A stretch of 32,000 nucleotides of DNA from positions 90,001-122,000 of the forward strand of contig DAOOUC010000003.1 in assembly GCA_035390665.1 (NCBI GenBank), read 5' to 3'. This stretch comes from an archaeon (GTDB taxonomy: Archaea; Iainarchaeota; Iainarchaeia; Iainarchaeales; CSSED10-239). The notes under the pieces are model-generated. The model worked only from the letters and a program-made list of their open reading frames with translations. It did no database searches and had not been told where the DNA came from. The position numbers and the translations under genes are program-made. This document shows, piece by piece, positions 1 to 9,463 of the stretch. How positions within the stretch are numbered: the first letter of the stretch is position 1; each line of letters begins with the position of its first letter.

Positions 1-3000
1 TTTACAATACTATTGTTCCCGTCTGCATTTTTATATAAATAAACACCAGGTAAAACTATTGGTAGATTTGCATCATTAATTATTGTACTACCATATCCAT
101 CTCTATGACTTTCTTTAGCAACTGTATCTATTCCAAGTTTTCCATCTATAGGGATATAATATAATAAATTTCTCATAGAATAAGGCATTTCTCTTACTAA
201 TTCTAAATCAATATGTAATGGAGAATTGTAAACTGTTTCAAAATCATTATTTATCTTTATTCTATATTTTCCTGGTTTGTTTGTAGGAACATTAATAGTA
301 TTTATTTTTTCTGTTTTAGATATTGAAAAATTACCATCTTCAATATTATCTATAGTCATTATTGGATTCTCATCATTAAAATCTGTGAAATTACTCCCAT
401 CTAAAAATTCATTATATGATATTAAATCTTTTAATAAATCTTCTGAAACACCATCATTCATTAAATAAATATAAGTATTATTTTCTTGTAAATTACTCAA
501 ATCATTATTTATTAATTTAAATACACTAAATAGCATCTGTAGAGAATCACAGTGAGTTTTATTAGTATCATAATTTTCTTCTATAGTATCAATACATTCT
601 TCAGTCCAATCAACTTGTGTATCTCCCCAAGTGTACTTTATCTTTGGCTTAATCTCTTCTCCACTTTTACAGGAGTCATATGCTTCTAATTCACATAAAC
701 CTATAATATCAAAGTTATTGCTTGTTATTGACCCACTACTTCCAAAGCCTAAACATATATTTCCATAAAGTCCTTGTTCTTCAAGTAATTCTTGTATTGT
801 TTGCTTAATTATTGTAAGATTAAGAGTTAATGGAACATTAATATCAACATTAGATGAATTCAAATTATTTATATTAAAAGAATATTTAAGCATTTTAGGT
901 TTACTAAAAATAATATATGGAATATTAATTTGACTATTATCTAATCCATCATAATTTCCATTTATATCTAAAGTTATATTCTTATTTGAATTTGAATTAA
1001 TGTTTTGTGGAAGCTGTGTTATTACCGTAAAATTATTATCCAAATCATTAAATTCCACAGAATATAAATTAAAATCATAGGTTTTTGTTTCATTTTTTAA
1101 TATAGTATTAAGAACTTGAGAACAACTATCATAAGAACAACTCATTCCTTGTGCCCATGGCGGAGATAGATTTGGATTTTTCTTAATTGAGTAAATTTCA
1201 GATGGATTATATATCCTTATCTTTATATCAAGTGGCATTATAAAGCCATTATTATTTGCAGTTATTCCAAATAATATTGCTGCGGATTTATAATTTGAAG
1301 TTGCATCTGCATTGCCTTGTAATTGAGATTTTATCTGAAAGTTAGTTGTTTGTCCTGAAGATACATTTACTTGAGTAGGTATAATGTCTATGCTTAATCC
1401 CGAAACGGTGGGATCTATAAAACTTGTAGCTCCGATTGTAATCGGATTTGCTGAATTATTTGTAATTGTATAATTAAAATCAACTATAGGAGACACATTC
1501 TTAATTAATTCAATAAATATTTCGTTATTTTCTATTACTTTTCCTGGTTTTGTTATCCCAATTGTATTTGTATTAAGATTAACATCAAATTCCTTGTTTA
1601 TTTTTATATCTGCATCTAAAGTAAAAATAATTGGTTGATTATCAAATATTCCAATATTTAAGGTATTTATATATGTTCCAACAACAGTTGTTGCATTTTG
1701 AGGAATTAAAACGGTTTTAATTTGTGTTTTAATTAATTTATTACTGTCTGAAATGGTGGTTGGTAAGATATTATTTTCTTGCAAGTAGACATTCATATCT
1801 GTAAATGAGATAAAACCGGATCTTCCTTCTAAAGTTACATTTAACTGAGAATTATATGCACTTGATTTAACCACATAATAATTTTTGTCGTCTGTTGTAT
1901 AATTAGTTACCCCATTAACTGTATATTTGCCTACGTTATAAATTAATGGATGATTAACATCTATAGTTGTGCCTGTTGTATGAACTAACTTATATCCTGA
2001 TTTAATATTTTTATTAATAACAATTTGATTACTTAGCAACCCATAAGATACAGGGAAAGTAAATCTAAATGTAATATTATCACCTAATCTACTTTCGGTT
2101 AAAGAAATATTTCTATCTACCAAATATCCATTTTCATTTGTTTCTCCTAAAACAACTTCAGGAAATAAAGACATTTGATATTTAATTAGAATATCTGGGA
2201 TTGGATTTCCAAACTTATCTCTTACTCTAAAGCTTACGGCATTATCCCCAATATAAATATTATTAGAATTATCTAAATCGTTAGTTAATATTTCAATAAA
2301 AACATTAGAATCATCATAATACGATAATACATTTTCATTTCTTGGATTAATTTCTTGAATATCTAATATGTTTGTACTTATCTTTGCATTTGTGTTAAAG
2401 AAATTATTTACCCCAAACACAGAATTATGATCAAATTCTGTTCCAAATTCTGCGGATAGAGAATTTATTTTATAGGTTGTTGCATTTATTCCTGTTGCTG
2501 ATTGATTTTCATCTTGTGATTTATAGCTATAGGATTTATACAATAATGCATTTAAAGTATTTACTGAATATGCATTTATGTCTTCATTATTTATATTGTG
2601 GGTTGTACTTAAATAAATGAATTTTTGATTAGATAAATAATTATGATTAATCTTTAATTCATAATTTTCTCCGTTCTTTAAAAGTAAACTGCCTTGAGAA
2701 TTGTTCCAATCATAAATATTCTGAATTAAATTATAATTACTGTTTGTAAATGGAATTTGGTAGAAACTTGTTGGTGCATAGAAATATCCTTGCGGTCTTA
2801 TATTACAATTTTGCCAAGAATTATTTAATGTTGGAGAAAATACATAATTTTCATTGTCTGATTTTGTTAATGCTCTATAATAAATCACATAATTATCTAA
2901 TTGTGTTAATTCATTTTGGAATTTAAAATTTACAGAAAATTCAATTTGATCTGCCTCACTATCTGAAAAATTAATCTTTGCCCATTTAAATCCTGTTTGG

Positions 3001-5627
3001 TTTGCACAGTTTGTTTGACTATGATCCGGTTCATAATTTGCAGTAAAATAAGATTCATTCCAATCTACTAAACTCCCATGATAATTACATCCTCTTGTAA
3101 ATGTTGCTCCTGGAGCAAATACAGTTTCAAGTCTTAAATAATCTGAAGATAATGTAATGCTTTTTCCGGCCCTTATAAAAGCATATGCTAAATCTCTATT
3201 GTCTTTTGTAGTTGTTGTAAATTTATATTTTAATTTTAATGTTCTATTTCTATGTTCTGCAATATTAATAGTATTTAATTTATTTATTCCACTTTCATCA
3301 TAAATTCCTAAAAATTCAATATTTGCAACAGCATTATTTTGTTGATTACCTAAAATTACTTTATAATATATCTTCTGTCCAGGAACCAAAGAAATTAAAT
3401 CTGTTTGGTAAGTTGATTTATTTTCTGCACTAATTACTGCATACATTTCATTTTGAGGACATCTAAATATATAATCTTTATTTGTGTCTGATATTGTATT
3501 AATGGAATAATCTGTAATTAACTGATCGGTTGTACTATAAAATGAAATATTATAATCCCTTACATTTACATTTAAATTTAAAATTTTTGCTTGACTTTCT
3601 AAATTTACACTTAATTCTAAGAAATCATTAGCATCTAATTCTTCTGTATTAGATTGCCCTTGATATCCACTAGCTACAGCAAATGCAAAATAATCTCTGT
3701 TTGCTCTAACCATTGGGAAATTAACATCTCCTGAAGAATTTGTTGTTTTAGGAGAATTTATTGGTATTTCTGTATCGTCTTCGTCATATAAATAAACTGA
3801 TGCTCCAGCATAATTATAATTTTCTTTCTTTACTTTTACTCCAATTATTCCTGTGTTAAGAACAGAAGAATATTCTAATGGTATCGATATATTTCTATCA
3901 ACCCCATTTACATCAACTGGTGTTGCAGGAAAATAACCGTAATCTTCTGTGTTTGTAACTGCAATTTTATAATTTCCTGTTAATACAAAGAAGTTTGCAG
4001 AATTTACATCTTCTCTTGTTTCTATTGATTGATATCCATTACTATCTGTGTTTTTCTTATAAATTGTTATATCTCCTTTAACAACTCTAGTTGTGTCTCC
4101 GTTTGCATCAACTAAATTAACATTAATATAACCCAATCTTCCAATTTGACAACAACTTCCGGTTTTTAATAAATTTCCATTTGTGTCTCTTGTATAATAA
4201 TTAGTTAATAAAGAATTATTACAATCTAAACAACCATTTTTACAGAAAGGAGAAAATATTGGATTTCTACAATCTAAATTTTGTAAATCACTTGGAGATA
4301 ATAATAATAAGTTTACTGCGGTTGTATTATTAATTAAAACTTGTTTTCCTTCAGTTCTTTGAGAACTTATATATCCATCTTTACTTGTAGATAATGTATA
4401 TGTTCCAGGAGCTAAATTTTCAAATACAAATCTTCCATAATAATCTGTAGTTCCTGTAACATAAACTAAATTTGATTCATTTATTGGTGTAGTTAAGTCA
4501 TCCATCTTGTAAACAGACACAATTGCTCCAGTAACTTGGCCGCCTTGTAAATTATTAACAAATGCTTCTATTTTCCCTACATTTGCAATAGTTTTTAATG
4601 AAAGCATTATTGTATTGTTTTCAGGAACAACTTGGTTTTGAACTAAATTATAATAATCAGAAGTAACATCTATTCTTAAGAATCCGCAACCAGTTGGTTG
4701 ATTAACTGTTAATTTCCCTTGTACTACATTTGATGTTGAAGGACTTGGTGTTTTCCCTGAATTTGAACAACTTAATTTTACTTGTAATAGTCTTGTAGCC
4801 AATAAGGTTTCATTTTCTTTAAATAATATTTCTCTTGTTTGCTCTTGAGATAAGAATAATTGACCAGTTGTATCTATATCTAAAACAATTGTTTCAATTA
4901 TGTTTTTCTTTGGTTCTATTGTTTTAATTTCTGTATTATAAGATTCTTTAGATGCAATTAGTTTAATGCTATCTTTTTTAGAAAACTTAATATCTTCAAA
5001 AATAGTATTTCCAAATGAATCTGTTGTTTGAGTAGTGTTTTCATCATTTATAGATAATATTACTGTTGCCCCAGACAATAGACTATTTGTTGTATCTGTT
5101 ACAGTAACATCAATTATTGAATTACCTCCAATTCCGGTTAAGACTCCAAAAAAGAAAATAAAGTAAATTATTGAAATTATTAATATTAAGAATAGAATAA
5201 AACTAGGAAATATTTTGTCTATTTGATCTGTTACTTTATTAACAGGTATTACTTTACTTACACTATCTATTATAGAATAATATCCATCTTCAAAAAAGAA
5301 GTATATTTTTTTAAAGAAATTCATTATTGATGTCAATGGATTCTTTATCTGTTTTTTTTCTTTTGGTTTAGATTCTTGAGTTGTTTTTGATTCATCACTT
5401 TTTACTGATTTAGATAATTCTTTAAGTATCTTTTCTTTATCTTCCGTTTTTACTTGTGGTTTATCTCCTTTAAAAGAAACTTTATTTTTATCTAATTCTT
5501 TAATTACTTCTTTTGCTTTATTTTTATCAAATCCATCAGCCACAATTAATCCTTGTAATTCTTCTCTTGTAAAAGCTTTTGCTTTATTTTCTACAGCTTT
5601 ATAGATTTGTTCTATTTCTTTGTTCAT
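1..5627 (-). CDS. Giant membrane-anchored extracellular protein, C-terminus truncated by left window edge (>=1875 codons); paralog of the 1991-aa protein
   Basis: Missing from the ORF track because no stop lies inside the window. Manual translation from ATG at 5627 gives MNKEIEQIYKAVENKAKAFTREELQGLIVADGFDKNKAKEVIKELDKNK..., with the frame rechecked near 5200, 3000, 600 and 1-60. Cytosolic Lys-rich tail, then IDKIFPSFILFLILIISIIYFIFFFGVLTGIGG, then Cna-B-like repeats (IIDVTVTDTTNSLLSGATVILS..., GKIEAFVNNLQGGQVTGAIVSVYKMDD..., TGIIGVKVKKENYNYAGASVYLYDEDD...). Confidence 0.93.
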   Translation of the reverse strand, partial: MNKEIEQIYKAVENKAKAFTREELQGLIVADGFDKNKAKEVIKELDKNKVSFKGDKPQVKTEDKEKILKELSKSVKSDESKTTQESKPKEKKQIKNPLTSIMNFFKKIYFFFEDGYYSIIDSVSKVIPVNKVTDQIDKIFPSFILFLILIISIIYFIFFFGVLTGIGGNSIIDVTVTDTTNSLLSGATVILSINDENTTQTTDSFGNTIFEDIKFSKKDSIKLIASKESYNTEIKTIEPKKNIIETIVLDIDTTGQLFLSQEQTREILFKENETLLATRLLQVKLSCSNSGKTPSPSTSNVVQGKLTVNQPTGCGFLRIDVTSDYYNLVQNQVVPENNTIMLSLKTIANVGKIEAFVNNLQGGQVTGAIVSVYKMDDLTTPINESNLVYVTGTTDYYGRFVFENLAPGTYTLSTSKDGYISSQRTEGKQVLINNTTAVNLLLLSPSDLQNLDCRNPIFSPFCKNGCLDCNNSLLTNYYTRDTNGNLLKTGSCCQIGRLGYINVNLVDANGDTTRVVKGDITIYKKNTDSNGYQSIETREDVNSANFFVLTGNYKIAVTNTEDYGYFPATPVDVNGVDRNISIPLEYSSVLNTGIIGVKVKKENYNYAGASVYLYDEDDTEIPINSPKTTNSSGDVNFPMVRANRDYFAFAVASGYQGQSNTEELDANDFLELSVNLESQAKILNLNVNVRDYNISFYSTTDQLITDYSINTISDTNKDYIFRCPQNEMYAVISAENKSTYQTDLISLVPGQKIYYKVILGNQQNNAVANIEFLGIYDESGINKLNTINIAEHRNRTLKLKYKFTTTTKDNRDLAYAFIRAGKSITLSSDYLRLETVFAPGATFTRGCNYHGSLVDWNESYFTANYEPDHSQTNCANQTGFKWAKINFSDSEADQIEFSVNFKFQNELTQLDNYVIYYRALTKSDNENYVFSPTLNNSWQNCNIRPQGYFYAPTSFYQIPFTNSNYNLIQNIYDWNNSQGSLLLKNGENYELKINHNYLSNQKFIYLSTTHNINNEDINAYSVNTLNALLYKSYSYKSQDENQSATGINATTYKINSLSAEFGTEFDHNSVFGVNNFFNTNAKISTNILDIQEINPRNENVLSYYDDSNVFIEILTNDLDNSNNIYIGDNAVSFRVRDKFGNPIPDILIKYQMSLFPEVVLGETNENGYLVDRNISLTESRLGDNITFRFTFPVSYGLLSNQIVINKNIKSGYKLVHTTGTTIDVNHPLIYNVGKYTVNGVTNYTTDDKNYYVVKSSAYNSQLNVTLEGRSGFISFTDMNVYLQENNILPTTISDSNKLIKTQIKTVLIPQNATTVVGTYINTLNIGIFDNQPIIFTLDADIKINKEFDVNLNTNTIGITKPGKVIENNEIFIELIKNVSPIVDFNYTITNNSANPITIGATSFIDPTVSGLSIDIIPTQVNVSSGQTTNFQIKSQLQGNADATSNYKSAAILFGITANNNGFIMPLDIKIRIYNPSEIYSIKKNPNLSPPWAQGMSCSYDSCSQVLNTILKNETKTYDFNLYSVEFNDLDNNFTVITQLPQNINSNSNKNITLDINGNYDGLDNSQINIPYIIFSKPKMLKYSFNINNLNSSNVDINVPLTLNLTIIKQTIQELLEEQGLYGNICLGFGSSGSITSNNFDIIGLCELEAYDSCKSGEEIKPKIKYTWGDTQVDWTEECIDTIEENYDTNKTHCDSLQMLFSVFKLINNDLSNLQENNTYIYLMNDGVSEDLLKDLISYNEFLDGSNFTDFNDENPIMTIDNIEDGNFSISKTEKINTINVPTNKPGKYRIKINNDFETVYNSPLHIDLELVREMPYSMRNLLYYIPIDGKLGIDTVAKESHRDGYGSTIINDANLPIVLPGVYLYKNADGNNSIV
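5139..5201 (-). other. Predicted single transmembrane helix (N-in/C-out) of the left-edge giant protein
   Basis: Uninterrupted hydrophobic run FILFLILIISIIYFIFFFGVL preceded by charged residues (KVTDQIDK). Confidence 0.8.
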
Positions 5628-5629
5628 AA

Positions 5630-7771
5630 TTATCTAATATTAAATAATGGAGTAAACTCTATTTGTTTTATTATTTCTGATTGTTTATAAACTATAAGAT
5701 ATCTTTGACCAGGACAGAATAATTTTACATTTGAAATATCTTCTAAATTCAACTGTTCTGGTATATAGATTAATTTATTTTTTGAGATTTTAAATTCTTT
5801 AATATCTTGCCCGAAAGTAAAACTATCACTTACAGATATTATTTCGCCAGGTTTTAAAGAATAAACAATATAATTTTGATCTGTTGGAAATCCTGGAGGC
5901 CTAAATAAATTTCCATCAGGAGTTAAATAATAAATATTTAAATCTGTTATATTTGAACTTATAGTAGAATATATAGTATATTCTTTATCTATTCTTAATG
6001 GATTATCTAATTCAAGACCATCACATACTGGACAATAGACAAGATTGAATAATGCATTAGGAACTTGATTTGTATTATTATCAAAATCACTAGCTATGTC
6101 TCCTAAATTTGTAGCTTCTAAACTTAAATTATCTGTAATATAAGATAATTGAGAATTTCCTAATGATTTTAAATAACAAGATTTTATATTTATGTTAGAA
6201 AAATTAATAGGAACGTGTTTAACTATCTCTAATTTTTTTGGAAGATAACTTCCAGAAGCAAGATATTTAATATTTATATCTCCAATTGTTGGATCTTCCC
6301 CTCCACAAGCTTCTGTTGTACAACTACAATTAACTGCAGTTATAGAATCAATATTGTCTTCATTTAATTCTGTTTTAATATTAATATTCCCACTTTTATT
6401 AAAAAGATAATCTACATTTATTGAACCAATACTTCCTGCAGTTCCAAAATAAGATGGTTCTGTAGGATATGAAGAATTAAACCCCTTTTTTCCACTAACT
6501 GAATAATAATTAAAATCACCATTATTAATAAATTTGGTAATGTTTAAATCAGAGATCAATCCTCCATTCCCTCCATATCCATCTGTTCCTCCTCCATCAT
6601 GTGCATTATCTCCTCCATTACCGCCATTACCCGCAATAATATTCCACATAATAGATCCATTATTTATTAAATCATTATTTCTTAATATTATTTTACCTGT
6701 AGAGCCGCCTATTCCTCCATCTGCATTATCATTACGACAATGATTAGCCCCCGCATCTCCTCCATTACCACCATTACCACTATTTAATGTAATATAAAAA
6801 TTAGAGTTATTTAATTTAATTTTTGATATATCAAATACTACACTTCCACTTATTGCTCCTGAACCCCCCGCTTTAGGATCTCCTGAACATCTTGGGCCGC
6901 CTCCTTCAGATGCACCACTACCGCCATCTCCTCCATTTCCTGAAATCAGTATTAAGTTTAATTCAGAATTATCTATTAATTCTAAATATTTTAAAATAAG
7001 ATTAGAATCCCCCCCAGTCCCTCCATCTCCGCCAGCTTTACGAGGGCTATCCGTTTTTCCTGTAGATCCTTTCGCGCCATTTCCTCCAACCAAATTTATA
7101 TTCATATTACTTGAATTTATTATACTATTAATATCTAATATTGATGGGCCACCAGGGGTTCCGACATATGGACCAGATGTTGTACTATCTGATCTATTAT
7201 TTGGGGTTCTTGAAATTAAACTTAAATTTAAATCTGAATTAAAGCCTACAAATAAATTTTTTAACTTTACTTTAATTCCGTGTGCCCTTCTATAGGCATC
7301 ATTATCTGCCCAAGATCTTTCGGCTTCTAAAAATAACAATTTTGAATTTGTATTATTTGATAAATAAATATCTGTATTTATATCTATTGTCGTTAATTGA
7401 ACTACGTTGTCTAAATTATCTATATTAAAAGTTAAACTACCATTATTTTTTATTAAAATTTTATCTATGCCTGTAATTTTATAATTGCTTTTAGATTCAT
7501 TTAATGTAATTGTATTATTTCCGACAATTTCTAAAATTGTGGTCTTATTATCACAATAAGTAACATTTGGCAATTTAACGAAATTTAAATCAGTATTAGT
7601 TATCTGAGTAGGTATTCTTATAATATATTCCCCTTGTTGCCCTCCACTAACATCTTGAGTAACTCCCGAAATTGTTTGAAAACAATTTGTGGTTGCAAAA
7701 ATAGAATGTAAAGATAATTGCACAAATATAAAAATAAAAACTAAATTTAAATATTTTATCTTCATTATCAT
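5630..7771 (-). CDS. Secreted Gly-rich repeat protein (713 aa), cassette B middle component, paralog of the 674-aa protein
   Basis: Full ORF with signal peptide (MIMKIKYLNLVFIFIFVQLSLHSIFATT). Central GNGGNGG-type repeats. Stop codon lies 2 nt before the next ATG. Shared motif SGSYLPKKLEIVKHVPINFSNINIKSC. Confidence 0.93.
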   Translation of the reverse strand: MIMKIKYLNLVFIFIFVQLSLHSIFATTNCFQTISGVTQDVSGGQQGEYIIRIPTQITNTDLNFVKLPNVTYCDNKTTILEIVGNNTITLNESKSNYKITGIDKILIKNNGSLTFNIDNLDNVVQLTTIDINTDIYLSNNTNSKLLFLEAERSWADNDAYRRAHGIKVKLKNLFVGFNSDLNLSLISRTPNNRSDSTTSGPYVGTPGGPSILDINSIINSSNMNINLVGGNGAKGSTGKTDSPRKAGGDGGTGGDSNLILKYLELIDNSELNLILISGNGGDGGSGASEGGGPRCSGDPKAGGSGAISGSVVFDISKIKLNNSNFYITLNSGNGGNGGDAGANHCRNDNADGGIGGSTGKIILRNNDLINNGSIMWNIIAGNGGNGGDNAHDGGGTDGYGGNGGLISDLNITKFINNGDFNYYSVSGKKGFNSSYPTEPSYFGTAGSIGSINVDYLFNKSGNINIKTELNEDNIDSITAVNCSCTTEACGGEDPTIGDINIKYLASGSYLPKKLEIVKHVPINFSNINIKSCYLKSLGNSQLSYITDNLSLEATNLGDIASDFDNNTNQVPNALFNLVYCPVCDGLELDNPLRIDKEYTIYSTISSNITDLNIYYLTPDGNLFRPPGFPTDQNYIVYSLKPGEIISVSDSFTFGQDIKEFKISKNKLIYIPEQLNLEDISNVKLFCPGQRYLIVYKQSEIIKQIEFTPLFNIR
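6425..7095 (-). repeat. In-protein Gly/Asn/Asp-rich repeat region (GNGGxGG loops alternating with beta-strand-like segments)
   Basis: Units such as LNLILISGNGGDGGSG, FYITLNSGNGGNGGDAG, IMWNIIAGNGGNGGDNA. Visible in DNA as repeated tcctccattaccgccattacc-like tracts on the + strand. Confidence 0.85.
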
Positions 7772-7776
7772 TTACC

Positions 7777-9276
7777 TTATTTGTATATTTTAAAAGGATA
7801 ATATAAATTTACATCTGAATAATTCAAATCTATATTTTCATTTAATTTAAATTTAAATTGATACATTTTTATTATATCCAATATTTTACTACTATTAGGA
7901 GTTAAATTAAATATGAAAAAACCATTTTGAGTTGTTTGATTATTTATTGAAGAATATCTGTATTCTAAATAATTAATATCAAATAATCCAAAGTTATCTC
8001 CAATATATGTAAATTGAGGATTAATTGTTTGCCCTGAATTTGCTTTTTGAATATTACCAAAAATTATTGGAGTCATGGTTTGATTTTGATCAGTAAGTAA
8101 ATAATCCGAAATTTGTGCGGTTATATTTATGTAATTACAATTTTTTGTAAATTTAATAATATTATTATTTTGTAATCCAATATTACTTGAATTTAAATCA
8201 ATTATACCTGCCTCTGGTCTACTATATATCAAAGAACAAATTGCAGTATAATTTAATCCAGAAGGCACTTCTATTGGCCCACAGGTATTAAGATAGATTC
8301 TACCTAAGTTTGTTGTGCTTAGTGCATTAAATGTTATTGTCTTTGGTAATTTGCCAATATATTCACTAAATTCTATTTCACAAATTGGTTCTTTAAAATC
8401 TATTGGTATGGTATTACTATAATTCATATTTGCATTATTTTGCCCATACACACACAGATAACTATTATTTAAATCACAATTTAGACTATATTTTTGAGCA
8501 CCACAGTTTAGTTTTATTTCTCCACTATTGTTTACATAACCAAAAATAATTCTTTTTGAATATACATTTAACGGAGTTATTGGAAGTGTCTGTGGTAGTG
8601 GGTTATCATCATAAATTCCCATTTGTTCTGATGTATAACATCCAGGAAAATAAATAGCATATTCTTCAGAATAATAGTTTGCAGGCTCAATATAATTATT
8701 TGAATCTAAGTTAAATTTTCCTTGATTATAAATTTTAGCTTCAGAAAAATCTAATGTAGCTATTTTCAAATAAGAATCTGCATAAGATTCCTCTGAATTT
8801 AAATAATCAATACATCTTTTGATTTCTGAATGACTTTTAAAATTAAATTCAGCTCCTGAATTAATAAAAATATTTGTTTTAATTTTTATGTCTACTTCAT
8901 TTTTTAAAAAAATAGTTAATTTCTTATTATTAGATATAATAATAGAATTAAAATCAACTATATAAAATTTAGTCATTACATCCCAAACAGTTACTTGTGG
9001 AATAAAAGATATATTAGTATCTATATTTACATCTTGAGAAATAATTAAATTCGGTCTTAAATTATTTACAGATAAAGAATCTTCAGAGATTATATATTGA
9101 CCTCCGGGTAATACACAATTATTTGTTCCAGAATCATAATTACAATATACTGTGTCTCCTAAAGTATTTTTTATTCCAGAAATTTCATAATTTTGCGCAA
9201 AAATTGTATTTTGAAAAAAAATTACAAAAATTAATAGTAAAGATGCCTTTACTATATTATTGTAATGTTTTTGCAT
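7777..9276 (-). CDS. Secreted protein (499 aa), first gene of cassette B; non-Gly-rich relative of the 674/713-aa proteins
   Basis: Signal peptide MQKHYNNIVKASLLLIFVIFFQNTIFA. Upstream GGTGAATAAATAATG (ribosome site). Shares the IGKLPKTITFNALSTTNLGRIYLNTC motif and a C-terminal domain with the 132-aa protein. 5 nt gap to the next gene. Confidence 0.92.
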   Translation of the reverse strand: MQKHYNNIVKASLLLIFVIFFQNTIFAQNYEISGIKNTLGDTVYCNYDSGTNNCVLPGGQYIISEDSLSVNNLRPNLIISQDVNIDTNISFIPQVTVWDVMTKFYIVDFNSIIISNNKKLTIFLKNEVDIKIKTNIFINSGAEFNFKSHSEIKRCIDYLNSEESYADSYLKIATLDFSEAKIYNQGKFNLDSNNYIEPANYYSEEYAIYFPGCYTSEQMGIYDDNPLPQTLPITPLNVYSKRIIFGYVNNSGEIKLNCGAQKYSLNCDLNNSYLCVYGQNNANMNYSNTIPIDFKEPICEIEFSEYIGKLPKTITFNALSTTNLGRIYLNTCGPIEVPSGLNYTAICSLIYSRPEAGIIDLNSSNIGLQNNNIIKFTKNCNYINITAQISDYLLTDQNQTMTPIIFGNIQKANSGQTINPQFTYIGDNFGLFDINYLEYRYSSINNQTTQNGFFIFNLTPNSSKILDIIKMYQFKFKLNENIDLNYSDVNLYYPFKIYK

Positions 9277-9283
9277 TATTTAT

Positions 9284-9288
9284 TCACC
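9284..9288 (-). promoter_or_regulatory. Shine-Dalgarno-like GGTGA
   Basis: Minus strand reads TTGGTGAATAAATAATG; GGTGA sits 7 nt before ATG at 9276. Confidence 0.6.
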
Positions 9289-9322
9289 AAAATAAAAATA
9301 ATATTATGAATTCAACTACCAG

Positions 9323-9334
9323 TATAAATATAAC
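9323..9334 (-). promoter_or_regulatory. Putative TATA-like element for the 499-713->=1875 aa unit
   Basis: Minus strand GTTATATTTATACTGG; T/A-rich element 47-58 nt upstream of the ATG at 9276. Background AT content is high, so this is weak evidence. Confidence 0.35.
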
Positions 9335-9420
9335 TAACTTTTTACTTAATTTCATAATTTTCACGGATTTCTTTAAAAAATACCATATAATATATTAGTA
9401 TAATATATTTAAATATGTTT

Positions 9421-9463
9421 TTATTATAAAAATAGAAAAATAATACAGTTATTCTGTATTATT
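9421..9463 (-). terminator. Hairpin plus T-rich tract at the end of the 1991-aa gene
   Basis: Minus strand AATAATACAG-AATAA-CTGTATTATT (perfect 10-bp stem, 5-nt loop, 9463..9439) overlapping the stop codon at 9449-9451, followed by TTTCTATTTTTATAATAA. Confidence 0.6.

Noticed and set aside
277-468. Plus-strand 63-aa ORF
   Set aside because: Antisense to the strongly coding left-edge giant ORF. Composition is that of a shadow ORF, with no recognisable domain.
6534-6743. Plus-strand Pro-rich ORF (69 aa)
   Set aside because: The Pro-rich peptide is the antisense of GGN glycine codons in the 713-aa gene repeats.
9123-9398. Plus-strand 91-aa ORF spanning the gap upstream of the 499-aa gene
   Set aside because: Overlaps a signal-peptide-coding region on the opposite strand and a likely promoter; no domain or start-site support.
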